64,000 bases of DNA from positions 1 to 64,000 of IMG/VR virus record IMGVR_UViG_3300035698_012128; one strand, written 5' to 3'. The notes under the pieces were generated by a model, which was given only the letters and a program-made list of their open reading frames with translations, ran no database searches and was not told the origin of the DNA. Shown here in pieces: positions 31,248-40,050 of this stretch (positions within the stretch are counted from its first letter, which is position 1; each line of letters begins with the position of its first letter). A program made the translations under genes and the position numbers. Origin of the DNA: a virus.

Positions 31248-32108
31248 ATGATAATAAGTTTTAGTGGTAAAATTGGAAGTGGTAAAGATGAATGTGGTAG
31301 AATAGTTCAATTATTAACAGCAGATCCATATGATGACCCTGAGTTTTGGAAGGATGTTCTTGACCATCCCCTGTTAATGCTAGATGAGTGGAATGGGAAT
31401 TTTGATTTTGGTCCATTTAAAAACAAAAAATTCGGAGGAAAATTAAAAGATTGTGTATGTTTATTATTAGGTTGCACAAGACATGATTTGGAAGATATAG
31501 AATTTAAAAACAAAGAATTAGGAGAAGGATGGTGGAAATATAAATTGCATGATGGAAGTGTATACAGATTTGTAACTAAAAATCAGTATATGGAATCAAA
31601 AAATGAAAATAAATTTATAATTAAACTTACTCCTAGACTTTTCATGCAATTATTAGGTACTGAAGCAGGGAGAGATATAATCCATCCTGATATATGGGTT
31701 AATACTCTAATGGCTGAGTATAATAAAAATACATATATACGTTACAGAGAAGATAATACTACTTTACAAAAACTTGATCCACCTAATTGGGTAATTACAG
31801 ACTTAAGATTTATAAATGAGTTTGATAGAGTAGAAAAAGAAGGTATTACTATTAGAATTAATAGACATATATCCCTACGGTATCCTGAACAATGGAATTT
31901 ATATAAAAATAAAGATGATTTTGATGAAAAAGATTTCCTTAGTATATTAAAGGATAAAGATTTCGAATTATATGAGGTAATAACACATAGGGGAGAATGT
32001 GAATTAGATGATTGTTTTGCCTTCGATTATATAATCCAAAATGATGTAACCAAATTACAATTATTTAATGTTATTAAACAAATATTAGAAAAAGAAAAAA
32101 TAATATGA
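31248..32108 (+). CDS. Deoxynucleoside monophosphate kinase
   Basis: GKIGSGKD, TPRLFMQLLGTE.GR, ITDLRF.NE. Confidence 0.9.
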   Translation: MIISFSGKIGSGKDECGRIVQLLTADPYDDPEFWKDVLDHPLLMLDEWNGNFDFGPFKNKKFGGKLKDCVCLLLGCTRHDLEDIEFKNKELGEGWWKYKLHDGSVYRFVTKNQYMESKNENKFIIKLTPRLFMQLLGTEAGRDIIHPDIWVNTLMAEYNKNTYIRYREDNTTLQKLDPPNWVITDLRFINEFDRVEKEGITIRINRHISLRYPEQWNLYKNKDDFDEKDFLSILKDKDFELYEVITHRGECELDDCFAFDYIIQNDVTKLQLFNVIKQILEKEKII

Positions 32109-32902
32109 AAATATCACATGAAGTACCTTTATATCTACTAGAAGGTAGTAGGAATTTTAACGATTACCATTATTGTTTGCCCCATTTTGTAAGTAATAGT
32201 ATTTACAAAGAATTTTATGTAGCTGCTTCGAATAATGAAGAATTTACCATATTGGATAATGGTTTGTTTGAGGGCACTGTAGTTAATGATGCTGAATTAA
32301 TTAAACTCATAAGTGATATTAAACCTGATATTTTTATAATACCTGATGAATGGAATGAACATCTTATATCTTCGGCTAATGCCAAAAGATGGGTAAATAA
32401 TCATAAAAATAGAATACCCGATAAAACTAAACTAATGGGGGTACTACAAGGTAAAACCTATGCAGAACTTTTGTTGTGTTATGATTTATATGTTATGTTA
32501 GGGATTACACATATAGCAATCAATCATTCTTCGGAAGGATTTTTGGATCTGAGTAATAAAACCCCAAATATAGCTTACAATAAGATGGTAGGAAGGAATA
32601 GATTTATGACCCTACTAGAACAAGATGATAATTTTAATCCAGATTTTTATTATCATCTATTGGGGATTAATTTAAGTCAGGAAGGTCAGTTGTTAAGTAA
32701 ATATAAATGGGTTAATTCAATAGACACATCAAATCCTATAATATATGCTATAACTAAAGGTAAGTATCCACACCATTTAGGTGGGGTTATAGCAAAACCT
32801 TCAACTAAGTTAGAAGCATTTTTCTACGATCACAGACATGATATTATCCATGATAATATAATATATAACGTAAATCAATTTAAAAAATCAATTAATGGGT
32901 AA
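32105..32902 (+). CDS. TGT-superfamily transglycosylase (DpdA-like candidate)
   Basis: ILDNG, IPD, GVLQG, HLLG, SIDTS motifs; overlaps queD. Confidence 0.6.
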   Translation: MKISHEVPLYLLEGSRNFNDYHYCLPHFVSNSIYKEFYVAASNNEEFTILDNGLFEGTVVNDAELIKLISDIKPDIFIIPDEWNEHLISSANAKRWVNNHKNRIPDKTKLMGVLQGKTYAELLLCYDLYVMLGITHIAINHSSEGFLDLSNKTPNIAYNKMVGRNRFMTLLEQDDNFNPDFYYHLLGINLSQEGQLLSKYKWVNSIDTSNPIIYAITKGKYPHHLGGVIAKPSTKLEAFFYDHRHDIIHDNIIYNVNQFKKSING

Positions 32903-33362
32903 ATTTACAGCAGAGAAAGTGTTTGATGGGTACACTACATGTTTTAGACAGTGGAAAGCCGTAAATACTCATTGCAGTTTCTTACATGGTTATGGTGTAT
33001 CATTTAAAGTATGGTATGAAGGTGAATTAGACTCTAATAATTGGGTATTTGATTTTGGTAGGGCTAAAAGAAGTGAGATAAAAATACAAGGTAAAAATCC
33101 CAAAGAATGGTTAGATTGGTTGTTAGATCATACTACTATAATAGCTAAAGACGATCCCGAACTAGGGGTATTTTACGGATTAAACCATAAGAAAATTATA
33201 CAACTAAGAGTAGTAGAAAATGTAGGTGCTGAGCGTTTTGCCGAATTTCTATATCATAAACTTAATGATTGGGTTGTAGAAGATTCTAATGGGCGTGTAA
33301 AAATAACGAAAATAGAATTTAGAGAAAATAACAAAAACAGTGCAACATATTATGGTATATAA
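32895..33362 (+). CDS. queD: 6-carboxy-tetrahydropterin synthase
   Basis: CSFLHGY, WVFDFG, LDH, AERFA, final RE. Confidence 0.88.
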   Translation: MGKFTAEKVFDGYTTCFRQWKAVNTHCSFLHGYGVSFKVWYEGELDSNNWVFDFGRAKRSEIKIQGKNPKEWLDWLLDHTTIIAKDDPELGVFYGLNHKKIIQLRVVENVGAERFAEFLYHKLNDWVVEDSNGRVKITKIEFRENNKNSATYYGI

Positions 33363-33501
33363 CAAAGAAGTAAACCCTCATTTCCAAGACGAATTAAAAA
33401 AAGTATTAGATAAAATATATGATAATAGTTCTAATGTTAGTTATAAAACCTTAGGTTATCTAAAAAATATAAGTAATAAAAGAACGATTATGAAATAAAT
33501 T

Positions 33502-33720
33502 ATGGGACAAATTAAACAAGTATTAGATTTTTTAGATAGAAATATTTTGGTGGGGGATCAGGTAGTATATACTACTTCCTCATCAGGGTGTTTACAATTA
33601 GGTAAAATTCTAGACACAAGACCAAATAAAGATGGTTTTGAGTATGGGGAAGTTAAAGTTATTGGCATACATAACACTAAGGCTGGTTGGACTTACTCTG
33701 ATAGATGTTATAGATTATGA
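33502..33720 (+). CDS. Hypothetical protein
   Basis: 72-aa ORF, ATGA-coupled to the next gene. Confidence 0.55.
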   Translation: MGQIKQVLDFLDRNILVGDQVVYTTSSSGCLQLGKILDTRPNKDGFEYGEVKVIGIHNTKAGWTYSDRCYRL

Positions 33721-34142
33721 ATGAAAAAACAAAAACGATGATAATATCCGGATTTCCAGGAATAGGTAAATCTTACCTATTTCATAACTCCTCATTAAAT
33801 ATATTAGATAGTGATAGTAGTAATTTTGATAAAAAATATTTCCCTGGTAATTACATAAAACACATAAAACACAATATTATGCTTTATGATGTGATATTGG
33901 TGAGTAGTCACGGTATTGTACGGGAAGCTCTTGTTGGGGAGAAAATTGAATTTCTTTTGGTTTACCCCAATATCGACATGAAGGAGGAATTTATAGAAAG
34001 ATACAAACTCAGAGGAAATAATGAGGGTTTTATTAATCTGTTGGATGTTAATTGGAATGATTGGATTACACAAATGCAAAAACAAGATAGTTGTAAAAAA
34101 ATTGAGTTAAGCACCGGACAGTATTTAAGTGACGTAATATAA
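33717..34142 (+). CDS. P-loop kinase-like protein
   Basis: IISGFPGIGKS, DSDSS. Confidence 0.7.
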   Translation: MNEKTKTMIISGFPGIGKSYLFHNSSLNILDSDSSNFDKKYFPGNYIKHIKHNIMLYDVILVSSHGIVREALVGEKIEFLLVYPNIDMKEEFIERYKLRGNNEGFINLLDVNWNDWITQMQKQDSCKKIELSTGQYLSDVI

Positions 34143-34194
34143 GGATTAGCCTATATCCTAAACATACCTGGCAAAAACAATTATAGTAAAAACA

Positions 34195-35058
34195 ATGAAA
34201 AAAGAAAATGTTGTAGTCTCACTTTCTGGTGGGATGGATTCGAGTACCTTATTATTAAAAACTCTGGTAGAGTATAACAATGTAACCGCAATTAGTTTTG
34301 ATTATGGGCAAAAACATAGGATAGAATTAAACAGAGCACAAAAATTAGTAGATTATATTAATTATACCAAGATTAAAAAAGATGCCGAGGAACGTAATGT
34401 TTTATCCTATGTTCCTATTAAGTATCAAGTTATTAAATTAGATGGGTTATCAAACCTACTAGAATCAAATTTAGTAGAAGGTGGAGCAGATGTTCCTGAA
34501 GGTCATTATGAAAATGATAACATGAAAGAAACTGTTGTTCCTAACAGAAATAAAATGTTTTCATCAATAATCCAAGCTATTGCTCTATCATTAACAAATA
34601 AAACAGGTCATGGTTGTGATATAGCATTAGGAATACATGCAGGTGATCATGCCGTCTACCCAGATTGTAGACAAGAATTTAGAGACGCAGATGATCATGC
34701 TTTTAGAATGGGTAATTGGGATGCGGACGAAGTTAATTATTATACCCCATACCTTAACGGTAATAAATTAAGTATATTGAGAGACGGTCTTGAATTATGT
34801 AAGACGTTAGGATTAGATTTTGATGAGGTTTACCGTAGGACTAATACATCTTATAAACCATACCCTAGTGGTAATAGTGATTATAAATCCGCTTCTAGTG
34901 TTGAACGTATTGAAGCTTTTATAGCTTTAGGTCGACCTGATCCGGTACAGTATGAGGATGAAACAGGACCTGTGTCCTATGAAGTTGCAAGATTATCAGT
35001 AGAAAAGGTATTAATTGAAAAGTGTGAGGATGAAATTTCCTCATTATATTTGTACTAA
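34195..35058 (+). CDS. queC: 7-cyano-7-deazaguanine synthase
   Basis: SLSGGMDS, FDYGQKH, VPNRN, HAGDHAVYPDCR. Confidence 0.95.
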   Translation: MKKENVVVSLSGGMDSSTLLLKTLVEYNNVTAISFDYGQKHRIELNRAQKLVDYINYTKIKKDAEERNVLSYVPIKYQVIKLDGLSNLLESNLVEGGADVPEGHYENDNMKETVVPNRNKMFSSIIQAIALSLTNKTGHGCDIALGIHAGDHAVYPDCRQEFRDADDHAFRMGNWDADEVNYYTPYLNGNKLSILRDGLELCKTLGLDFDEVYRRTNTSYKPYPSGNSDYKSASSVERIEAFIALGRPDPVQYEDETGPVSYEVARLSVEKVLIEKCEDEISSLYLY

Positions 35059-35342
35059 TGAAATTAAAAAAACAAATAACCTCTATAGAACATCAAATAA
35101 GTAAAATTGAAGGGGAAGTAGAAAACTTTATAACAAAACACGTTTATGGTTTTACACAACCTGAAATGAAAACATTATTACAATACTTCCCCTCATGTGA
35201 TATTGCTCGATATAATGATGCTATGATAGGTAATACTGGAATGTTTATAGATGGTGAATTTATCACATACCGTGTAGATGTAATAACAGCCTTATATTGT
35301 GGTTTAGAAGACAGAAGTAGAAATTTTTTAGAATTTGATTAA
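35058..35342 (+). CDS. Hypothetical protein
   Basis: 94 aa, TAATG-coupled. Confidence 0.55.
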   Translation: MKLKKQITSIEHQISKIEGEVENFITKHVYGFTQPEMKTLLQYFPSCDIARYNDAMIGNTGMFIDGEFITYRVDVITALYCGLEDRSRNFLEFD

Positions 35343-35536
35343 TGGCAAAACTAACAAAAGTAACAAGATTAGAAGTAATTAACCACCAAGATGGTATAGG
35401 AAGAGAGTACACCAAACATAATTGTGAGAGTGTAGAAATTAGCTTACAAGACGATGGTAGAACATTAAAAGTATTTATAAGTAAAAAACAAGATTTAAAT
35501 GGCAGAATTCTCAAAACAATATTTAGAAAAAAATGA
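35342..35536 (+). CDS. Small hypothetical phage protein
   Basis: VTRLEVINH..GR..SLQDDGRTLKVF. Confidence 0.6.
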   Translation: MAKLTKVTRLEVINHQDGIGREYTKHNCESVEISLQDDGRTLKVFISKKQDLNGRILKTIFRKK

Positions 35537-35744
35537 TCAAGGTAATGTAAAACCCTCTATTGACATAGATCTTATAGGTGAAGGGTTGGTACATGATCAA
35601 TGGACCTCAGCCAAATGTGATGGGTATGGTTTCATTGGTATCGCAAAGTTAAATGGTAATTTATTATTAGCTATGCCTACCGGAGGGTATGAAGAAGGTG
35701 ATCCTCTAGTACAATGGTTTCCATATTCTGATATAGTAAAATAA
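35499..35744 (+). CDS. Hypothetical protein
   Basis: 81-aa ORF in a coupled run of genes. Confidence 0.55.
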   Translation: MAEFSKQYLEKNDQGNVKPSIDIDLIGEGLVHDQWTSAKCDGYGFIGIAKLNGNLLLAMPTGGYEEGDPLVQWFPYSDIVK

Positions 35745-35887
35745 TGAACGAAATAATACATAGTATGCACCATTTACTTGGTATGTGTGGGGAATCTCAC
35801 CTTAACATATTCACTTTTATATCTAGTGAATCTTCGAATTTCTTTCATATATTAAACCGAATAAAAAGTATAATAAATGGATTTTGA
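35744..35887 (+). CDS. Small 47-aa protein (not in ORF track)
   Basis: MNEIIHSMHHLLGMCGESHLN...; TAATG-coupled to the upstream ORF. Confidence 0.5.
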   Translation: MNEIIHSMHHLLGMCGESHLNIFTFISSESSNFFHILNRIKSIINGF

Positions 35888-35959
35888 TAAAGTAGTAATA
35901 AATCCAAAGTAGCATTTATGGTTTATCTCTACTCTTGTATATTTATCATCAAAAAATAA

Positions 35960-36607
35960 ATGAATAAAAATACAAAAATATATGCTGTAATTAATTGTTA
36001 TAATAATTATAATGATGTATATGTAGGTAAAACAATAAACAATACTAGAAAAAACGATCATAAGATAAAATATGGCTATAATATCGATTTCGTGGTGTTA
36101 GATGAAATTAGTGGAACAGATAGAAAAGATTGGAAACCATTAGAAACTTATTGGATACATCAATTCTATCAATGGGGTTTTAATGTTCAAAATAAGCAAA
36201 TGATTGGGGGTTGTGGAGTGGAATTTCATTCACAAGAATCCAAAAATAAAATAAAATATTCTAAATCACAAAAGCCCCACCCACTACTAAATTTAAAAAT
36301 TGATAAATATTATAAAGATATAATAAATATGTACACCATGGGGGTATGTCCCTCGAATATAGGGTTAAAATATAAATGTCATAGTGATGTTATTAAAAGG
36401 GTTTTGAAGAGTAAGGGTGTGGAGTTAAGAAGTGCATCTGATTCCCAAAAATTTAGAAGTGGGGAGAAGAGGAGAAAAGATTTATGGGGTAGTATGAATA
36501 ATATATTAGACTTACATAACAAAGGTGAAAGTTATACTTATATTGGGAAATTGTATAATACCAGTGATGTTCAAATAAAATTAATGATAAATAAAAATAG
36601 ATTATAA
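35960..36607 (+). mobile_element. Free-standing GIY-YIG-like homing endonuclease
   Basis: IYAV...VYVGKT...R...H...E..WI...GF...N; NUMOD-like HSQESKNKI and two HTH-like repeats; own ATATTTAT motif. Confidence 0.7.
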
Positions 36608-37410
36608 TGGATTTCGATAAAATAGTACCCGTATTAGAGTTATATGGACCTGTGATACAATCAGAAGGGAGTAAGGTTGGTATACCTCACATTGTTGTTA
36701 GAACTACTGGTTGTGTTATGAGGTGTCATTTTGGTGAAGGTGGGTTTTGTGATTCATGGTACACTAGTATTCATCCCGAAAAAGGTAAATACACCATGAA
36801 TGATATAGTAAAATTCATGATGAAATTTCCCGAATGTAATCATTTGATGTTGACCGGTGGTTCTCCTACTATGCACCCCCAACTATGTGATACGATTGTC
36901 CAATATTTTAAGAACTTCCATAGAATTACTGATGATAATGGAACTATTATTCGTGAGGGGGTTGTAACCTTAGAAACTGAGGGTTCTCATATTATGGTGA
37001 CTACATTTCCTATTGATTTGATATCACTTTCACCTAAATTCTCCAACAGTATTCCGGTTGAAGGGATGATGACACCAATAGGTAAAAAAGTAACAGCTGG
37101 TATGGTGAGGCAACATAAAAAAAGTATGAGTAATACTAGAAATATGAGAATATTACTAGATAATCATACCGATTACCACTTTAAACCTGTTGTAAACCCT
37201 ACAGAAATGCCAGAGGTATGGGATGAAGTACTTGAAATGATTGAGGAGTTAAACATTCCCAAACATAAAGTATGGATAATGCCTCCTGGAGATACTAAAG
37301 AAGAATTAATTAGGATATATCCTATGTTAATGGAATTCTGTGCAGAAAATGGATATAATTTTACAGGTAGAGATCACATTATTGCCTTTGGTGATAAAAG
37401 AGAAGTATGA
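36607..37410 (+). CDS. queE: 7-carboxy-7-deazaguanine synthase (radical SAM)
   Basis: IQSEG, RTTGC, Cx3Cx7C (CVMRCHFGEGGFCDS), TGGSP, ETEGS, SLSPK. Confidence 0.92.
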   Translation: MDFDKIVPVLELYGPVIQSEGSKVGIPHIVVRTTGCVMRCHFGEGGFCDSWYTSIHPEKGKYTMNDIVKFMMKFPECNHLMLTGGSPTMHPQLCDTIVQYFKNFHRITDDNGTIIREGVVTLETEGSHIMVTTFPIDLISLSPKFSNSIPVEGMMTPIGKKVTAGMVRQHKKSMSNTRNMRILLDNHTDYHFKPVVNPTEMPEVWDEVLEMIEELNIPKHKVWIMPPGDTKEELIRIYPMLMEFCAENGYNFTGRDHIIAFGDKREV

Positions 37411-37467
37411 TGATAAAAGATATATTGATGTGGGTAAGAATGTGGGTACTATCTTTTTGGGTATAAT

Positions 37468-37722
37468 ATGATAGAAAATTCAATGATGCCATTTACTAGA
37501 TTTGAGACTAAATTGAAAAAACTAGGTATAAATATAACGTGTTGTAGTAATTACCCATGGGTGTATTTATTAACAGTAAATGGAGAAAAAGTAACAGAAA
37601 AATTCCATTCAAAGCACAATTTTACATTAGGTTACTATCCTATAAAAACAACAGAAAAATTTAAATTTTCAAATATCGATCAAATTTTTAAAACAATAAG
37701 AAAATATGTTTATAATAATTAA
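37468..37722 (+). CDS. Hypothetical protein
   Basis: 84-aa ORF (NYPWVYL..VNG..V.E). Confidence 0.55.
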   Translation: MIENSMMPFTRFETKLKKLGINITCCSNYPWVYLLTVNGEKVTEKFHSKHNFTLGYYPIKTTEKFKFSNIDQIFKTIRKYVYNN

Positions 37723-37909
37723 TAATATTCTTACTTACATAAAATTAATCAGGGGTTTCATACGATTATGGATATTCAGTTTCTGCCCCCAATGTAATAG
37801 CTCTGCACCTGAATTATATGATTGTAAGGTGTGTGAGTGGCCTCCTCCATATTCATTTTATGGAGATAAATCACTAAAATCAAAAGCTTGGGGAAAATAT
37901 ATAAAATAG
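37706..37909 (+). CDS. Small Cys-containing protein
   Basis: CPQCNSSAP...CKVC. Confidence 0.5.
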   Translation: MFIIINNILTYIKLIRGFIRLWIFSFCPQCNSSAPELYDCKVCEWPPPYSFYGDKSLKSKAWGKYIK

Positions 37910-37923
37910 AACAAAACAAAAAA

Positions 37924-38316
37924 ATGAAATTAAATAAAAATACACAATTTAAATTTATCTTAAGACTGAATGAGGGGAGTTGGGGTAGTATGAGAAAAGG
38001 TGATACTACTGAAGCTACTATAAATTTATTAGATGATTATAATGGGTTAGCCCGATTCCCTATTGATAAAAGATGGGACATAATGCACTGCGAACTTGTA
38101 ATTGATGAGGAATCAATGTATGGGGATGAGGAAGTAAGTTGTGTGGAAGAAAAGCCATGTTGTAACGATGAGCAAGTAGATGAGTTAGTAGAAGAAAAAT
38201 TATGTGATGAAGACATATATGATAACATTTTGGGTCGTGAAGAAATAGAAAAACAAGAAGAAGATATTCTGGATATTTTTAAGCAGAATTTTTTCATCAG
38301 ACAAATTTTGTCATGA
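37924..38316 (+). CDS. Hypothetical protein (ATG at 37924 preferred over TTG at 37888)
   Basis: A-rich leader before MKLNKN. Confidence 0.5.
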   Translation: MKLNKNTQFKFILRLNEGSWGSMRKGDTTEATINLLDDYNGLARFPIDKRWDIMHCELVIDEESMYGDEEVSCVEEKPCCNDEQVDELVEEKLCDEDIYDNILGREEIEKQEEDILDIFKQNFFIRQILS

Positions 38317-38392
38317 TCTACAAAATTAGATTGATAATTCTTTTAATTTAAGGTTTCTTTCGTATATTTATGGTAGTAAAAAATAGAATAAA

Positions 38393-38555
38393 ATGTCTAA
38401 TAATAGAAAATGTAATTTTAGTATAATTTGTAGTGTGAGCTATTCGAGCTTATCACCGCAGCATAATTATCCTAATATATATACAGAGACTTAAGACAAT
38501 CAAAATACATAATGTTTGTTGGTAAATTTAGGTCTCATTTGAGACCTATTTTTCT
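38393..38555 (+). promoter_or_regulatory. Putative leader-peptide attenuator upstream of the tRNA cluster
   Basis: 33-aa ORF 38393-38494; GAGACTTAA (38486-94) complementary to TTAGGTCTC (38528-36); terminator TAGGTCTC-ATTT-GAGACCTA-TTTTTCT. Confidence 0.6.
38529..38555 (+). terminator. Intrinsic terminator
   Basis: Perfect 8-bp stem followed by a T tract. Confidence 0.8.
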
Positions 38556-38575
38556 GTCTAAAAGGTAGTTTTAAT

Positions 38576-38595
38576 AAAAGTTTCTTATTATATTT
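38576..38595 (+). promoter_or_regulatory. Putative early/middle promoter motif AAAGTTTCTT-N3-TATATT (representative copy)
   Basis: Variants near 17322, 19081, 38350, 40138, 42962, 44119, 44708, 47552, 55978, 56990, 59581, 60547 and 63033. Confidence 0.65.
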
Positions 38596-38638
38596 AGTAA
38601 TAAGAGTATAGTTAATTGACGTATTAGAAATTTGTAAT

Positions 38639-38726
38639 AGAGGGCTGGCAGAACTGGCACAATTGCACTAGTCTTGAAAACTAGAGACCGGTAAACGGTT
38701 TATGGGTTCGAATCCCATGCCCTCTT
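38639..38726 (+). tRNA. tRNA-Ser(TGA)
   Basis: CTAGT-CTTGAAA-ACTAG, long variable arm, GGTTCGAATCC. Confidence 0.92.
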
Positions 38727-38732
38727 CAATAA

Positions 38733-38803
38733 TGCCTTGTAGTGTAACGGCAGCACGCGTGGATTTGGCCCTCGCAGCATGGGTTCGAATCCCGTCAAGG
38801 TAT
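38733..38803 (+). tRNA. tRNA-Gln(TTG)
   Basis: TGCCTTG/CAAGGTA acceptor stem, loop ATTTGGC. Confidence 0.85.
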
Positions 38804-38804
38804 C

Positions 38805-38953
38805 TAAGTAGTAGAACAACTGATAGTTCAGCTTGCTAACAGATAAATTAAATTATAAGTCTGGTAAACAGGTTCAAAGTAGTTGAGAGAGGTTTAATAT
38901 CAATAGTACGTAAATTCAACTTTGTGGTGTAGGTTTGAGTCCTACCTACTTAA
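38805..38953 (+). ncRNA. 149-nt tRNA-like RNA with greatly extended anticodon and variable arms
   Basis: TAAGTAG/CTACTTA acceptor stem, GAAC/GTTC D stem, GTAGG-TTTGAGT-CCTAC T arm. Confidence 0.7.
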
Positions 38954-38973
38954 AACATTAATTAAAAACAATT

Positions 38974-39294
38974 ATGGCATTAGATTTAGAAGTACTAAGA
39001 AAAAAACTAGATGATGCTTTAGTATCAGAAACAAAAGAGAGTTTTGAAAAATGGTTCGAAAAAACTAGAATTGAAACTACTGAAAAAGATGTATTGAACC
39101 GTAACTACCATTTTCATATAGATGGTAATAAGTTAATTATCCAAAATTATTCTTATATGGATAGTGGGTGGTATGTAGAAGTAGATAGAAAAAAAGTATC
39201 GTTATATGAAGTATGGGAGGGTAATAAACCTCAAAAATACGGTGATTACGATACCATTTTAGAAGCTTTAAAAGATACGGTTAATTTAAGTTAA
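38974..39294 (+). CDS. Hypothetical protein in the tRNA cluster
   Basis: 106-aa ORF with A-rich leader. Confidence 0.6.
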   Translation: MALDLEVLRKKLDDALVSETKESFEKWFEKTRIETTEKDVLNRNYHFHIDGNKLIIQNYSYMDSGWYVEVDRKKVSLYEVWEGNKPQKYGDYDTILEALKDTVNLS

Positions 39295-39343
39295 GTTATG
39301 AATAGTTTACTAAACTTCTATTGAAAATAAAAAGTTTAAAATT

Positions 39344-39422
39344 CGGAATGTAGAGGAGTCAGGTTTATCTCGTCTGCTTTGGGAGCAGAAGCACGTGGGT
39401 TCAAATCCCGCCATTCCGACCA
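39344..39422 (+). tRNA. tRNA-Pro(TGG)
   Basis: TCTGC-TTTGGGA-GCAGA; encoded CCA. Confidence 0.93.
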
Positions 39423-39428
39423 AAAAAT

Positions 39429-39504
39429 GCCTTCGTAACTCAGTTGGTTTCAGAGTACCGTGCTTTTAACACGGGAGTCGGGAGTTCGAATCTCTCCGGG
39501 GGCA
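39429..39504 (+). tRNA. tRNA-Lys(TTT)
   Basis: CCGTG-CTTTTAA-CACGG. Confidence 0.93.
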
Positions 39505-39567
39505 CTAAAGTAGTATACGTTATGAGTCAAACAAACTTCACAGTAAATGAGATTAAAGAGTTAAAAT

Positions 39568-39642
39568 GCTCCCATAGCTCAGTTGGTATAGAGCGCTGAT
39601 TTTACACGTCAGAGGTCACAGATTCGAATTCTGTTGGGAGTA
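39568..39642 (+). tRNA. tRNA-Val(TAC)
   Basis: CTGAT-TTTACAC-GTCAG. Confidence 0.9.
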
Positions 39643-39718
39643 CGAGGCGGAACGAAAACCGAAAGAAAGAAACAGGAAAAACTTCGTGAGTTGTGTATCT
39701 CATTAAAAATCCACAAAT

Positions 39719-39802
39719 GCCAGAGTTAAGCAGGTGGTGTGCTTAGTAGACTGTAAATCTATACTCATTGTGAGATTGGGGGTTCGATTCCCTTCTCTGG
39801 TA
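39719..39802 (+). tRNA. tRNA-Tyr(GTA)
   Basis: GTAGA-CTGTAAA-TCTAT, long variable arm. Confidence 0.9.
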
Positions 39803-39820
39803 CTAAAACATATACAAAAC

Positions 39821-39889
39821 GGGATAGATTCTTCGGAGAAACCAGATCTGTAAAATCTCACCTAGTAGGTTCGATGCCTGCCTATCCCA
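39821..39889 (+). tRNA. Atypical short tRNA with GTA anticodon
   Basis: GGGATAG/CTATCCC acceptor stem, TTCT-TCGG-AGAA mini D arm, AGAT-CTGTAAA-ATCT, GTAGG-TTCGATG-CCTGC. Confidence 0.7.
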
Positions 39890-39895
39890 CTAAAT

Positions 39896-39967
39896 TCCTC
39901 TCTCATATAATGGTAATTATTCCTAACTGTTAATTAGGCTATCGTGGTTCGAGTCCACGGAGGGGAG
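39896..39967 (+). tRNA. tRNA-Asn(GTT)
   Basis: CCTAA-CTGTTAA-TTAGG. Confidence 0.9.
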
Positions 39968-39976
39968 CAATTAAAC

Positions 39977-40050
39977 AGACATATAGCTCAGTTGGTTAGA
40001 GCACCTGGCTGATAACCAGGTTGTCGTGGGTTCAATTCCCCCTATGTCTA
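39977..40050 (+). tRNA. tRNA-Ile(GAT)
   Basis: CCTGG-CTGATAA-CCAGG. Confidence 0.92.

Noticed and set aside
38805-38953. tmRNA
   Set aside because: Too short, has a D stem, lacks the G3:U70 alanine identity and has no evident tag ORF
39687-39716. Canonical preQ1-I riboswitch
   Set aside because: The loop lacks the consensus, and the element precedes a tRNA rather than a que gene; kept only as an unclassified pseudoknot
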